A DNA stretch of 53,943 nt from a virus (taxonomy: Duplodnaviria > Heunggongvirae > Uroviricota > Caudoviricetes): IMG/VR virus record IMGVR_UViG_2869947659_000002. One strand, written 5' to 3'. The notes beneath the pieces are model-generated. The model was not told where the DNA came from and ran no database searches. It worked only from the letters and a program-made list of their open reading frames with translations. Below, one piece after another: positions 30,245 to 38,961 of the stretch (positions within the stretch are counted from its first letter, which is position 1; each line of letters begins with the position of its first letter). The position numbers were made by a program, and so were the translations under genes.

Positions 30245-32101
30245 TTATGATGATGCTGGTGCATTTATCTCCAGCACCAGACTTTCTATCTCAACGCCAT
30301 ACGCTGCATTTTTGGTAATATCCGTCAGCGTCAGCGCATTCAGCCCCAGTGTCAGACTGTCTTTTATGACCTGGAATGCCGGGCCAGCCACTCCATTCAG
30401 TTTCGGAGTAACCGTGGCACTGCCGGCGGTGAACACCAGCTCCAGCGTCTGCCAGTCGTTACTGTAATTCCCGAACTCGCCCAACTTTGTGTTTCCTGCT
30501 TTCCTGTGATGCATCAGATTCAGTTTGCCGTCTGTGGTCTGGGTGAAGAACGACATCAGGAACGGGTTACCAGTCCCGGTCATCGCCACGACGTCAGGTA
30601 ACGCTACATCGGTATACAGATAAATTCCCAGACCGAACTGGTTGTTGGTCAGTGCGCCTGACAGTCGAAACTTACAGCTCAGTCTGCCACCCCGTGTCAG
30701 CAGGGAGACTGCGTCATCCACCGGATGCATCAGGGACCAGGTTTTATTGCTCTGCTTGGTAACCTTAAACACACCATCTTCCAGCGCAACACTGCCGCCG
30801 GTGATGGTCCAGCCCTGCGCAGCAGCCTCTCCGGCTGTCGGCAGCAGGGAGACTGTACGAACGGATGTGTCACCATCAGACGGCCCCGATGGAGTGTCGC
30901 CGCCGGGCGAGGGTTTGATTTCCGGTGCCTTACCACTAATGAAGGCTAAGGTGCGACCGGCTACGTTCAGAATAGCAGTTGCCATACGATCGGGAATAAT
31001 GCCACGACGCGCCCATGAGCTGAAATGCGTCGGGCGATTTGATGATACCCAGTTTTTGTTCGTTCGGGATGCCGAACCGTAATAACCAGACCCGGCAATA
31101 TCAGGATCTTCTGACGGGTTGTTTGTCGGTGTATTAACTCCGCTACCATCGGTCATAAAGGGAACAAAATAAATCTGCTGGGATTCTTTACCTTTATATG
31201 CACCATATACCACTTCATATTGCGTACCGTGTTCTTGTTTCCACGCGTATGTCGTGTCGCCACAAATCCAGGGGACTGATGCCGGACTTCCACCGTGACA
31301 CTGCGCCGCCAGCCCGGCAAGGTCAGCACGGAACTGCTGTACCATTGCAAGAAATGCTGCTGGCTGCTGGGCGTAACTGGCATTCGTCATATCGAATTCC
31401 CCCTGCATCCAGCATATCGCCAGCAAAACGTTTTTCGGGTTTTTCTGCAATGCTGCCTTCGTGCGGAAAAGCAGATCCTGATATAACGGCTTACCCACTC
31501 CCCAGCGAGCCGAATCCTGACTGGCCCCCGTGGACTCGCTGAATGTCCCCTCCGTGCCCTGGGTGAATGCCGAACCACCACGACAGCATGGTACCAGCAG
31601 GATCCCCGCGTTATTAGGGATATACGGAAGCAGTTTTTTGGCAATATGTAAGCCCTGTCCGACACAGCCGTACTGCCCTTTGCTCAGGTCAGCCCGGGGA
31701 TGGTTAATCGTACTCATATCCTGAACATCATGCAGACAATGGTCAGCAGGAATGATGTCGTTAAATACGCATACTTCACCACCGGGAGTCACTGTGTTAC
31801 GACGGGCCAGTTGCTTAATGCGCGGATGGGGCGCATCGTATGAATCCGGCAGCGGAAGCCCTTCACCGTAAGCCATGGCATTGGACTGCCCGGCCAGTAC
31901 GATGACGTAGTACCAATCCGGCTCAGTTGCACCACTGACCACCACATCACCTTCTGCTGCAATCGCCTGCATCAGGGTATAAGGGGTTATGGCCACCGGA
32001 CTACCAAACGGCTGCCAGCCCTCCTTCAGTTTTTGTGTCAGTCGTTTCGCAAGGTCTGACGGCGATACCGCCCTGACCACGTCATAGTGTTTAAATGCCA
32101 T
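30245..32101 (-). CDS. prophage 9-O-acetyl-sialate esterase (NanS-p-like, SGNH/SASA domain)
   Basis: 618 aa; N-terminal small domain, then YVIVLAGQSNAMAYGE (GQSN esterase motif); strong RBS GGGAGGA; same slot as nanS-p downstream of stx in Stx phages. Confidence 0.85.
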   Translation of the reverse strand: MAFKHYDVVRAVSPSDLAKRLTQKLKEGWQPFGSPVAITPYTLMQAIAAEGDVVVSGATEPDWYYVIVLAGQSNAMAYGEGLPLPDSYDAPHPRIKQLARRNTVTPGGEVCVFNDIIPADHCLHDVQDMSTINHPRADLSKGQYGCVGQGLHIAKKLLPYIPNNAGILLVPCCRGGSAFTQGTEGTFSESTGASQDSARWGVGKPLYQDLLFRTKAALQKNPKNVLLAICWMQGEFDMTNASYAQQPAAFLAMVQQFRADLAGLAAQCHGGSPASVPWICGDTTYAWKQEHGTQYEVVYGAYKGKESQQIYFVPFMTDGSGVNTPTNNPSEDPDIAGSGYYGSASRTNKNWVSSNRPTHFSSWARRGIIPDRMATAILNVAGRTLAFISGKAPEIKPSPGGDTPSGPSDGDTSVRTVSLLPTAGEAAAQGWTITGGSVALEDGVFKVTKQSNKTWSLMHPVDDAVSLLTRGGRLSCKFRLSGALTNNQFGLGIYLYTDVALPDVVAMTGTGNPFLMSFFTQTTDGKLNLMHHRKAGNTKLGEFGNYSNDWQTLELVFTAGSATVTPKLNGVAGPAFQVIKDSLTLGLNALTLTDITKNAAYGVEIESLVLEINAPASS

Positions 32102-32325
32102 GAATCCTCCCGGCCGGGATAATATTGTGAGTAAAATAAGGAGCGGGCTGAAGTCCGGAAGTTACAGGACAATGGCAGAAGAGAGACGACAGCCCGCAAT
32201 TCGAAAAAGACCGCGCAGTTGCGCAGAGTGATTACTATGGGGTATTATTCGCCAGCTGAAATATTACTTCACGTTTTATTGTTTATTCCTTGCCGCCCGC
32301 GTCTCCCAGCGCGGGCTTTTTTTGC

Positions 32326-32575
32326 CCACAAGAAAACCCCTCCGGAGAGGGGCTAAAGCCGCGTATCTGTATCATCATGCACATGGTGCCGGGTGCCTCC
32401 CGGTGAGTTCAGCCCGGTGCCACTAAACCCGCGTCATTCTCGTTTTGATAATCAGAGATTATACCGTCACCAGTCGCCCCTCCGCTCAGGGGGATTCACC
32501 ATGCGAAATTTTTTTAACAAATGCCCAGTCTGACAGGCAACTGTCAACTTACTGAATTGTGAGCAACATAGCATT
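32326..32575. repeat. structured ~245-bp repeat unit A (imperfect direct repeat of unit B)
   Basis: Shares conserved blocks with 32815..33060: CCCCTCCGGAGAGGGGCT hairpin, CATGGTGCCGGGTGCCTCCCGGTGA, GCCCCTCCGC.CAGGGGGATTCACCATGC, CTGAATTGTGAG. Confidence 0.6.
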
Positions 32576-32814
32576 TAACGGGGAACCTGTTTTCTGCAGT
32601 AAAAAGGCCCACCGGAGCGGATGGGCCTGGAAGGATAGCGGTCATGTGATGCCGGTTTCCCGGTAACTCAGCACCGGTATCTGAGTCAACGTTTTCTCTA
32701 CTGGGTCATTTCCGATACGCCCTGCCTGCTGACAGGCTTTCATCACATCTGAAAATATAGCACCCTGACTGATACTGTAGTACCTAAGGTTCCAGAAACT
32801 GTGATGTATCCGGC

Positions 32815-33060
32815 ACAGAAAAGCCCCTCCGGAGAGGGGCTGGAGAGTGGCGCTATGTGCCATTGCATGGTGCCGGGTGCCTCCCGGTGAATTCAGTACC
32901 AGCACCTGAATCCGCGATTATCCCATATACCTACTCGCTGATTGCCCCTCCGCACAGGGGGATTCACCATGCCAGTTTCTTTTAACAAACTCCCCGCAAA
33001 CCAGACAACAGTCAACCGCCTGAATTGTGAGACATTTAAAAAAAAGCCCGCAAAAGCGAG
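32815..33060. repeat. structured ~245-bp repeat unit B
   Basis: See unit A; the GC hairpin is followed by a T-tract on the minus strand (terminator-like); lies directly downstream of the tRNA cluster. Confidence 0.6.
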
Positions 33061-33076
33061 CCAGGGAAAATAAGTG

Positions 33077-33153
33077 TGGCGCGTTGTACTGGATTCGAAC
33101 CAGTGACCGATTGCTTAGAAGGCAATTGCTCTGTCCGGCTGAGCTAACAACGC
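33077..33153 (-). tRNA. argN: tRNA-Arg (anticodon UCU)
   Basis: 77-nt cloverleaf read by eye: GCGUUGU acceptor, D-arm AGCUCAGCCGGACAGAGC, anticodon loop CUUCUAA, T-loop GGUUCGAAUCC, CCA end. Confidence 0.85.
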
Positions 33154-33166
33154 AGGATACAGATAA

Positions 33167-33243
33167 TGGACCGCCTTCGGGGACCCGAACTCCGCGCAAC
33201 CAGCTTCGAAGGCTGGCGCTCTTTCCTGATGAGCTAATGGCGG
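33167..33243 (-). tRNA. tRNA-like gene, probably tRNA-Arg (anticodon UCG), possibly degenerate
   Basis: Anticodon stem-loop CCAGC-CUUCGAA-GCUGG and CCA end, but an A-A mismatch in the acceptor stem and an imperfect T-stem. Confidence 0.5.
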
Positions 33244-33250
33244 TATGTGA

Positions 33251-33326
33251 TGGTGGCCCTTGCTGGATTTGAACCAGCGACCTGGCGATTATGAGTCGCT
33301 CGCTCTCACCACTGAGCTAAAGGGCC
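33251..33326 (-). tRNA. ileZ: tRNA-Ile2/Met-type (anticodon CAU), ileX-like
   Basis: GGCCCUUUAGCUCAGUGGUGAGAGC...CUCAUAA...GGUUCAAAUCC...GGGCCACCA; closely resembles E. coli tRNA-Ile2. Confidence 0.8.
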
Positions 33327-33366
33327 GGGAGCCGCATAATAACGACGCGTAATTAATTCTTCAATA

Positions 33367-34425
33367 TCATCCGTTCTGGCTGACTAAATCCTGTACTTCC
33401 CGAACCGTCTGCTCAAAACGTTCAGTCTCCAGCTCAACGCCAATTGCACGACGCCCGAGCGCCAGTGCCGCTTTCACTGTCGAACCCGACCCCATGAAAA
33501 AATCTGCAATCAGGTCACCCGGACGACTGCTAGCGCTGATTATCTGCTGCAGCATTTCTGCCGGTTTTTCGCACGGATGTTTCCCGGGATAGAACTGCAC
33601 CGGTTTATGCGTCCACACATCGGTATACGGCACCTGCACCGTCACGCCAAAATACCGCCGCAGATGTTTATATTCACTCAGCAGCTCCGCATACTGCCGG
33701 TTCAGTGAGGTATACGTATCCACCAGCTGGTGGTGGAGCTTTTCCAGTTCACCACGCCGATGCTTCTCTTCTGCCACCCGGGCAAACAGCGCCTGTAATT
33801 TCAGATAATCGCTTTCATTCGGCAACTGCCACTGACTGGCACTGAACCAGTGCGACACCATGTTTTTCTTTCCTGTGGCATCTGCAATCTGTTTTGCCGT
33901 TATCCCCAGGGCAGCTCGCGCATCACGAAAGTAAGAAATCAGCGGGGCCATCACATGCTGTTTCAGTGCACTGCCCTTCACCGCATACCCGGCATCTTTC
34001 GGACGATACGGCCCCTGATAATGTTCCGCGAACAGAATGCGCTCTGTGGCGGGGAAATACGCCCGCAGGCTTTCCTTGTTGCATCCGTTCCAGCGTCCGG
34101 ACGGCTTCGCCCAGATAATATGGTTCAGCACACTGAAGCGTTCACGCATCATGATTTCGATATCAGATGCCAGGCGATGACCACAGAACAGGTAAAGACT
34201 TCCGGCAGGTTTCAGCACCCGCCAGAACTGCGCCAGACACTGGTCCAGCCACTTCAGGTAATCATCGTCGCCCTTCCACTGGTTATCCCAGCCCTCAGGC
34301 TTCACTTTAAAGTACGGCGGGTCCGTGACTATCAGGTCAACAGAATTTTCGGGTAACGACCGGATAAATTCCAGGCAGTCGGCGTTGATTAACTCACAAC
34401 TGGATATTTTTACAGTATTAAGCAT
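33367..34425 (-). CDS. DNA methyltransferase (N6-adenine/N4-cytosine type, beta class), no adjacent restriction enzyme
   Basis: 352 aa; motif IV DPPY (IVTDPPYF) near the N-terminus and motif I FFMGSGST near the C-terminus. Confidence 0.85.
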   Translation of the reverse strand: MLNTVKISSCELINADCLEFIRSLPENSVDLIVTDPPYFKVKPEGWDNQWKGDDDYLKWLDQCLAQFWRVLKPAGSLYLFCGHRLASDIEIMMRERFSVLNHIIWAKPSGRWNGCNKESLRAYFPATERILFAEHYQGPYRPKDAGYAVKGSALKQHVMAPLISYFRDARAALGITAKQIADATGKKNMVSHWFSASQWQLPNESDYLKLQALFARVAEEKHRRGELEKLHHQLVDTYTSLNRQYAELLSEYKHLRRYFGVTVQVPYTDVWTHKPVQFYPGKHPCEKPAEMLQQIISASSRPGDLIADFFMGSGSTVKAALALGRRAIGVELETERFEQTVREVQDLVSQNG

Positions 34426-34575
34426 GGATCATTAAGCCTGTCTCTGATAGGCTCATTCTGCTTTTGCGCAAAGCAGTGGGCCTGAGGTTTGCTTGTGATC
34501 CGGACGCATGAGCAGATGGCTGGTGGGTGCCCCTAACACCCACCAGCCGCCCATTTACCACAAATAAAAAAGCCT

Positions 34576-34773
34576 TCACTGCGGAAGGCGTCTGTAACAA
34601 CCGAACTGATAGTCTGCCAGACCCGCCATAACCAGCTGAGTCAGTATTAACTGGCAGCGTTCGCGTGAAAGGTAAGTATTCTGCGCTATCTCCCCGACTG
34701 TCGCCGGGTCGGTAACGCTTAATTCATTAAACACCACTCTGGCGGTTTCTGTCATATCCTGCTGTTTTAGCAT
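34576..34773 (-). CDS. hypothetical small protein (65 aa)
   Basis: ORF between the tR'-like terminator and the DNA methyltransferase gene; no family recognised. Confidence 0.4.
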   Translation of the reverse strand: MLKQQDMTETARVVFNELSVTDPATVGEIAQNTYLSRERCQLILTQLVMAGLADYQFGCYRRLPQ

Positions 34774-34893
34774 GTCTTTTCCTTTTCCGGTTAACGTGAC
34801 ACACCAATAACTCTTGTCGAAAAAGCCAGCAAGCTGAAAGACAGGTATTCACCGCCACCAGCGCGTTTACTGTACTGACGCGATTTCAGTCAT

Positions 34894-34992
34894 AAAAAAC
34901 CCGCCAGGCGGCGGGGTGTAAAAAATCTTCTAACGTCAGGCATAAAACGCCCATCGTTAGAGCAAATTTACCACAGATTCGGGAAAAATCAA
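34894..34992 (-). promoter_or_regulatory. late promoter pR'-like with short leader RNA and tR'-like terminator (Q antitermination module)
   Basis: Minus strand: TTGATT (34992..34987), 16-nt spacer, TAAATT (34970..34965), then hairpin CCCGCC-GCCT-GGCGGG (34915..34900) followed by T6 (34899..34894); directly downstream of the Q-like gene. Confidence 0.6.
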
Positions 34993-34997
34993 CAACA

Positions 34998-35819
34998 CTA
35001 TCGCGTTACCCTCTTTAACTGCCGCTCCGCCCATGCCTCTTCAATGTCAAACCGAACCACCAACGTATCGTAAAAGCGTTTCACTGATTTTTTCCACGTA
35101 TCAAGCGTGATAGCACTCGTCACTTTGCATATGGCATTAAATGCCTCCGTTGATGGCAGCCTTTCACAGCCACGACCACCACAACGCTGGCAATCTCTGA
35201 TAACAGGCATACCACGTTTTACCGACTCTTCACGATGAATGGCGACACCACGCCCACGGCAATCCTTACAGGCGGTGGAAACCTCACCCTTTCCGCCACA
35301 CTCCGGACAGGCAACTTTTACCACCTCCCTGACTTTTTTCCATTCTTCCCAGTAAGACGGATACACGCCTTTTGTGCACTTTGCCCACACTGGTGGCTTA
35401 CCATCCGGATACTGGATCTTGTTTGTAAAAACCTCGCTTTCAATAAATTTTTTTCCGTGACAGCAGGGGCACTGTTTTTTGCTCGCCGCGCTACGGGCAT
35501 AATCTTCAAACGCATACGAAGCCATAATGCGCATCACTACCGGTTTTATTTCTGCCGGAAGTTTTCTCAACGCCGCCACACGATCGCACCGACTGAGTGC
35601 ATAATCTGCCAGTAATTCTGTTGCCCGCGCCCTGTCATTCATACTGATGCCCATTTTCCCCAGGAACGCAGAAAACCCCATCTCAGCCCGATTCTGTGTC
35701 ATGCCCTGCGCGGCCATCACATCAGTGATACTCAGCGCATCTTTTGACGTTGAGGCCGATGCATCGGTCAGGCCAGGGGATTTTGGGGAGTAGTATTTCG
35801 GTAAATCTTCCAGTTTCAT
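34998..35819 (-). CDS. late antiterminator Q-like protein (Cys-rich zinc-binding)
   Basis: 273 aa with several CxxC pairs (CPCCHGKK, CPECGGKG, CKDCRGRG, CQRCGGRG); lies between rusA and the pR'-like promoter. Confidence 0.7.
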   Translation of the reverse strand: MKLEDLPKYYSPKSPGLTDASASTSKDALSITDVMAAQGMTQNRAEMGFSAFLGKMGISMNDRARATELLADYALSRCDRVAALRKLPAEIKPVVMRIMASYAFEDYARSAASKKQCPCCHGKKFIESEVFTNKIQYPDGKPPVWAKCTKGVYPSYWEEWKKVREVVKVACPECGGKGEVSTACKDCRGRGVAIHREESVKRGMPVIRDCQRCGGRGCERLPSTEAFNAICKVTSAITLDTWKKSVKRFYDTLVVRFDIEEAWAERQLKRVTR

Positions 35820-36190
35820 TTTTTGACCTGCTCTTCATGCATTATGGGGTAAATCTTCACCCCCATACGTCCACCAGATACTGGCTGACCACGAACGATA
35901 TTGATTTCATCAAACTGCTCATCGTCCATTAACACTCCCGCATGCGTCAGCGCATCCAGCGGTGCTTTCAGGATATTGTCCAGGTCGCGACGACGCTTAT
36001 CCGGTGGCTCTGCAATCACCTTTATCGCCAGCCTTCCGGACAGGCTTAATTTCAGCCGCTGCTGGCGAACAATAAGCGCCACAGCCCGGCGATAACGCTT
36101 TCCCTCCTCCGAGATAAAATATGTGCTGCCACGGCGTCGCCAGTAAGTGTTCACCGTCGGCGGGTAAGGTAAAACCAAATCTATGAGCAT
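35816..36190 (-). CDS. rusA: Holliday junction resolvase RusA
   Basis: 124 aa with RusA signature ...PPDKRRRDLDNILKAPLDALTHAGVLMDDEQ... Confidence 0.9.
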   Translation of the reverse strand: MLIDLVLPYPPTVNTYWRRRGSTYFISEEGKRYRRAVALIVRQQRLKLSLSGRLAIKVIAEPPDKRRRDLDNILKAPLDALTHAGVLMDDEQFDEINIVRGQPVSGGRMGVKIYPIMHEEQVKK

Positions 36191-36202
36191 CAGTCACCTC
36201 TT

Positions 36203-37249
36203 TTACCCAAGCACGCCAGTTGCAAAGGCGTGATCAAGAAAACGAAAAATTAAATCAACCTGAGAACCATGCTTTTCTTCGAACGCCAGAGGATCCGCAT
36301 GAAGCTCGTTGTGATGCTCCCGACACAGCGGTAGCGTGAAAATATCGTGAGATTTTGTCCCCATTCCGCCCTGACCATGACCAATCAGGTGATGGGGATC
36401 GTCGGCTGGCTTACCACAACACGCACACGGCTGTGTCTTCACCCAGCGTGTGTATTTCTCGTTAACCCAGCGGCGACGTTTAGGTCGTTTCATGAAAGAT
36501 TCCGGAGACTCAGGATCAACGGCAATGCTGACCACCGTCTCTTCCTGTGGCAGGTTTTGCTGGTGGGCGTGAGGCAGCGGCGCAAGATTTTTTGTGCGCT
36601 GCTTCAGTATGCTGGTGGCGGTCTGCTCTCCCGGTACGATGTCGCTTTCACGGTACATTGAGCGGATTTTTTCCGCACGCAACCCCAGCGAACGACGTAA
36701 TACCGCTTCCGGTAGCGCGTCCGCCACCTGATTGCGGACCGCCCACCAGGATAATTCAGCCAGCGATAATTCCCGTTCCTGCGAGCCATTCATTGCATGG
36801 AGTATGACGTCAATCATCCATGCAGACAGGTTTTGGTGAGCAAGTTGCCCGAGTGATTCGGAGGTCTGGTCGCGCAGCTGGTTGTCGCAGTGCCAGCACA
36901 ACACCATTGCGCCGGTACCATAACGGTGAATGACGGTTTCACTGTGGTGATAATCGCCGTGTGGCCACTGGCAGGATTTAACATGGCGCAGTAACCAGTC
37001 AGACAATGCGCCAGCGCCACCAGCAGCACGAATCACTCGTTCGTCGCTGAAAAATGGCAGTAATGATTTATCCTCCGCCAGCGGCTGGCGAACGGCAGGA
37101 ACGACCCCGGACGACAGATTACGCATGCTTTTCGGTTCCGGCTCCACCAGTACCCGGGTATTGTGGAATACCGGCATGGATTCACGGCCCGGCTTAACGA
37201 TCACCAGCCCGAGTTCCGGTACCAGAACAGGTCGAAGTAATACCCGCAC
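36203..37249 (-). CDS. nin-region protein with C-terminal HNH-like motif (YdfU-like by position and size)
   Basis: 348 aa; C-terminal CACCGKPADDPHHLIGHGQGG...CREHHNELH Cys/His cluster. Confidence 0.7.
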   Translation of the reverse strand: MRVLLRPVLVPELGLVIVKPGRESMPVFHNTRVLVEPEPKSMRNLSSGVVPAVRQPLAEDKSLLPFFSDERVIRAAGGAGALSDWLLRHVKSCQWPHGDYHHSETVIHRYGTGAMVLCWHCDNQLRDQTSESLGQLAHQNLSAWMIDVILHAMNGSQERELSLAELSWWAVRNQVADALPEAVLRRSLGLRAEKIRSMYRESDIVPGEQTATSILKQRTKNLAPLPHAHQQNLPQEETVVSIAVDPESPESFMKRPKRRRWVNEKYTRWVKTQPCACCGKPADDPHHLIGHGQGGMGTKSHDIFTLPLCREHHNELHADPLAFEEKHGSQVDLIFRFLDHAFATGVLG

Positions 37250-37250
37250 G

Positions 37251-37529
37251 TTACCTCCAGATACGTTGCTGGAATGTGCGGGACGGACGCGGTGGCCGTT
37301 CGGAGTAAGGGAGCCTGACGGAGATTATCCAGTGACGGTAGTCGAGGCTAAGGGCTTTTTTAACCTCGCATCCGCGCCTGCGGTAACACTGAATGAGCCA
37401 TTCGGCCTGTTCTTCAGTGCATGGGGGGTGCTGGTACCAGTCTGACTTAAATGCATGAGAATACCGCTCGTGCGTGTGGGCAAGAACGGTCGAATTATCA
37501 TGATTGTAATATTTTGCGTTGCGTGCCAT
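37251..37529 (-). CDS. hypothetical nin-region protein (92 aa)
   Basis: ORF immediately upstream of the YdfU-like gene in the same operon; no family recognised. Confidence 0.5.
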   Translation of the reverse strand: MARNAKYYNHDNSTVLAHTHERYSHAFKSDWYQHPPCTEEQAEWLIQCYRRRGCEVKKALSLDYRHWIISVRLPYSERPPRPSRTFQQRIWR

Positions 37530-37595
37530 CGGTTTTCTCCGGTGGCACGGTGTTACTCAGCGGGAGTTCAGCCCCGCGCAAGATTGTAGATGAGT

Positions 37596-37847
37596 TTATT
37601 CTTCTGAAAAAGCAGAAAAGCCAGCTTTTATTCCGATCTCTTTCAATGCCTGTAATGAAGTGACAAACTCACCGTCGCGCAAGATAAATCCGTCCGTCAC
37701 TCGGGCATCCACAAAATTAATTAACGCAGCCCCATTTTTTTGCAAACACACAATGCGGTAATGACTAACAATATTTCCATTTTCAACGCACACAGCATAG
37801 AGGCCATCTTCACAAAAAATTTTACGCAGTTCTTCGATGTTCATCAT
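37596..37847 (-). CDS. small hypothetical protein (83 aa), Rem-like by position
   Basis: Same size and position as rem between hokD and ydfU in Qin. Confidence 0.5.
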   Translation of the reverse strand: MMNIEELRKIFCEDGLYAVCVENGNIVSHYRIVCLQKNGAALINFVDARVTDGFILRDGEFVTSLQALKEIGIKAGFSAFSEE

Positions 37848-37962
37848 CAGAATCCTTCCGGATAATTAGCTCTCCCCTTTAAGGGACCATCCCTCTTATC
37901 CCTGCGCGCTACTTAAGTATTTTTGATTCTATTCCGGCACCGTCCAGAACTTCAAACGCGTT

Positions 37963-37993
37963 GAAAATAAAAACAAAAACCCGCCGAAGCGGG
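37963..37993 (-). terminator. intrinsic terminator at the 3' end of the hok mRNA
   Basis: Minus-strand hairpin CCCGCTTCGGCGGG followed by TTTTTGTTTTTATTTT. Confidence 0.5.
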
Positions 37994-38063
37994 TTAAGTG
38001 CGGGTGCGTTGAGGATGCCTGCCACATCAGAGGTGGCGAGGGATTTCTCCCTCGCCGGGTCTC

Positions 38064-38219
38064 TTACTCCTCAGGTTCGTAAGCTGTGAAGACAGCGACC
38101 TCCGTCTGGCCGGTTCGGATTCGTACCTCGCAGAGGTCTTTCCTCGTTACCAGTGCCGTCACTATGACGGTTAAACAGATGACGATCAGGGCGATTAGCA
38201 TCGCCTTTTGCTGCTTCAT
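38064..38219 (-). CDS. hokD: Hok/Gef-family type I toxin (HokD/RelF-like), with overlapping mok-like frame to 38276
   Basis: MKQQKAMLIALIVICLTVIVTALVTRKDLCEVRIRTGQTEVAVFTAYEPEE; six-frame ORF 38064..38276 gives the mok-like upstream extension. Confidence 0.9.
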   Translation of the reverse strand: MKQQKAMLIALIVICLTVIVTALVTRKDLCEVRIRTGQTEVAVFTAYEPEE

Positions 38220-38961
38220 AGCCTGCTTCTCCTTGCCTTTCGGCACGTAAGAGGCTAACCTACGTGTGTAGAGCATAGATATGGCCTCAGATTAATGTTA
38301 AGCGTCTTGCCGGACGCGTAATGTTAACTGGGGCTTTTCTCTATCTGCCTTTGGTGTTGATGCCCGAGGCAGATAGCCTCAAGCACCCGCAGCAATTCTA
38401 CTTAACTACCGTTACCTCGCCAATATGAAATCAATCAGAAAGGTGATCCATAAGAACAACAGCAAGACAATAAATTGCCATTACAGCAGCAATAGCCAGC
38501 GCACATTTGAGAACCAGCACCACAACCTCCTGTATTGGACGTACACCAGTCCTGATAAATATGAGGCTGTCTCGTCAGTGATTCAATACAACTACTGGGT
38601 ATAGTTTCTATGATTTTGTTCTGTGGAAATGGAAAACAGCAACCAGTCACCACCAGCACTTCTTTAAACATGCCAAGTCACACGCAAGCCAACATTATAG
38701 TTCCCTTTGAGCGAGCAGATGAAGCTAGCAAAAATATTGATCACTTAGGATGCATTACTAACGTTGCTATGTGTTAACGAACAGGGAGTGGGTCATCAGC
38801 ATAAATATTTATGCAGTAGGTTTCTTTTAGGACTAGATTAATCAAAAACATTTAGATAAAATTATAAAATCAAGAAATTGGTGGCAATTAATCTTTAATT
38901 GTGCCAGCTGAATTTCGTTATTATAGAAGATTAGCTTTTTTTTGAATGTTTGGAGAGTAAA

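Noticed and set aside
32102-33076. Shiga toxin genes stxA/stxB
   Set aside because: The tRNA and nanS-p context is Stx-phage-like, but no ORF of StxA or StxB size or signal-peptide character exists here; the slot is non-coding
32642-33199. ORFs 32642..32905 and 32918..33199 on the minus strand
   Set aside because: They cover the structured repeats and overlap the tRNA genes; no RBS; not conserved between the two repeat units, so non-coding
38435-38671. 78-aa Cys-rich minus-strand ORF
   Set aside because: No RBS at its start, odd Cys/Gly composition, and a better candidate short hydrophobic frame with a perfect Shine-Dalgarno sequence overlaps it
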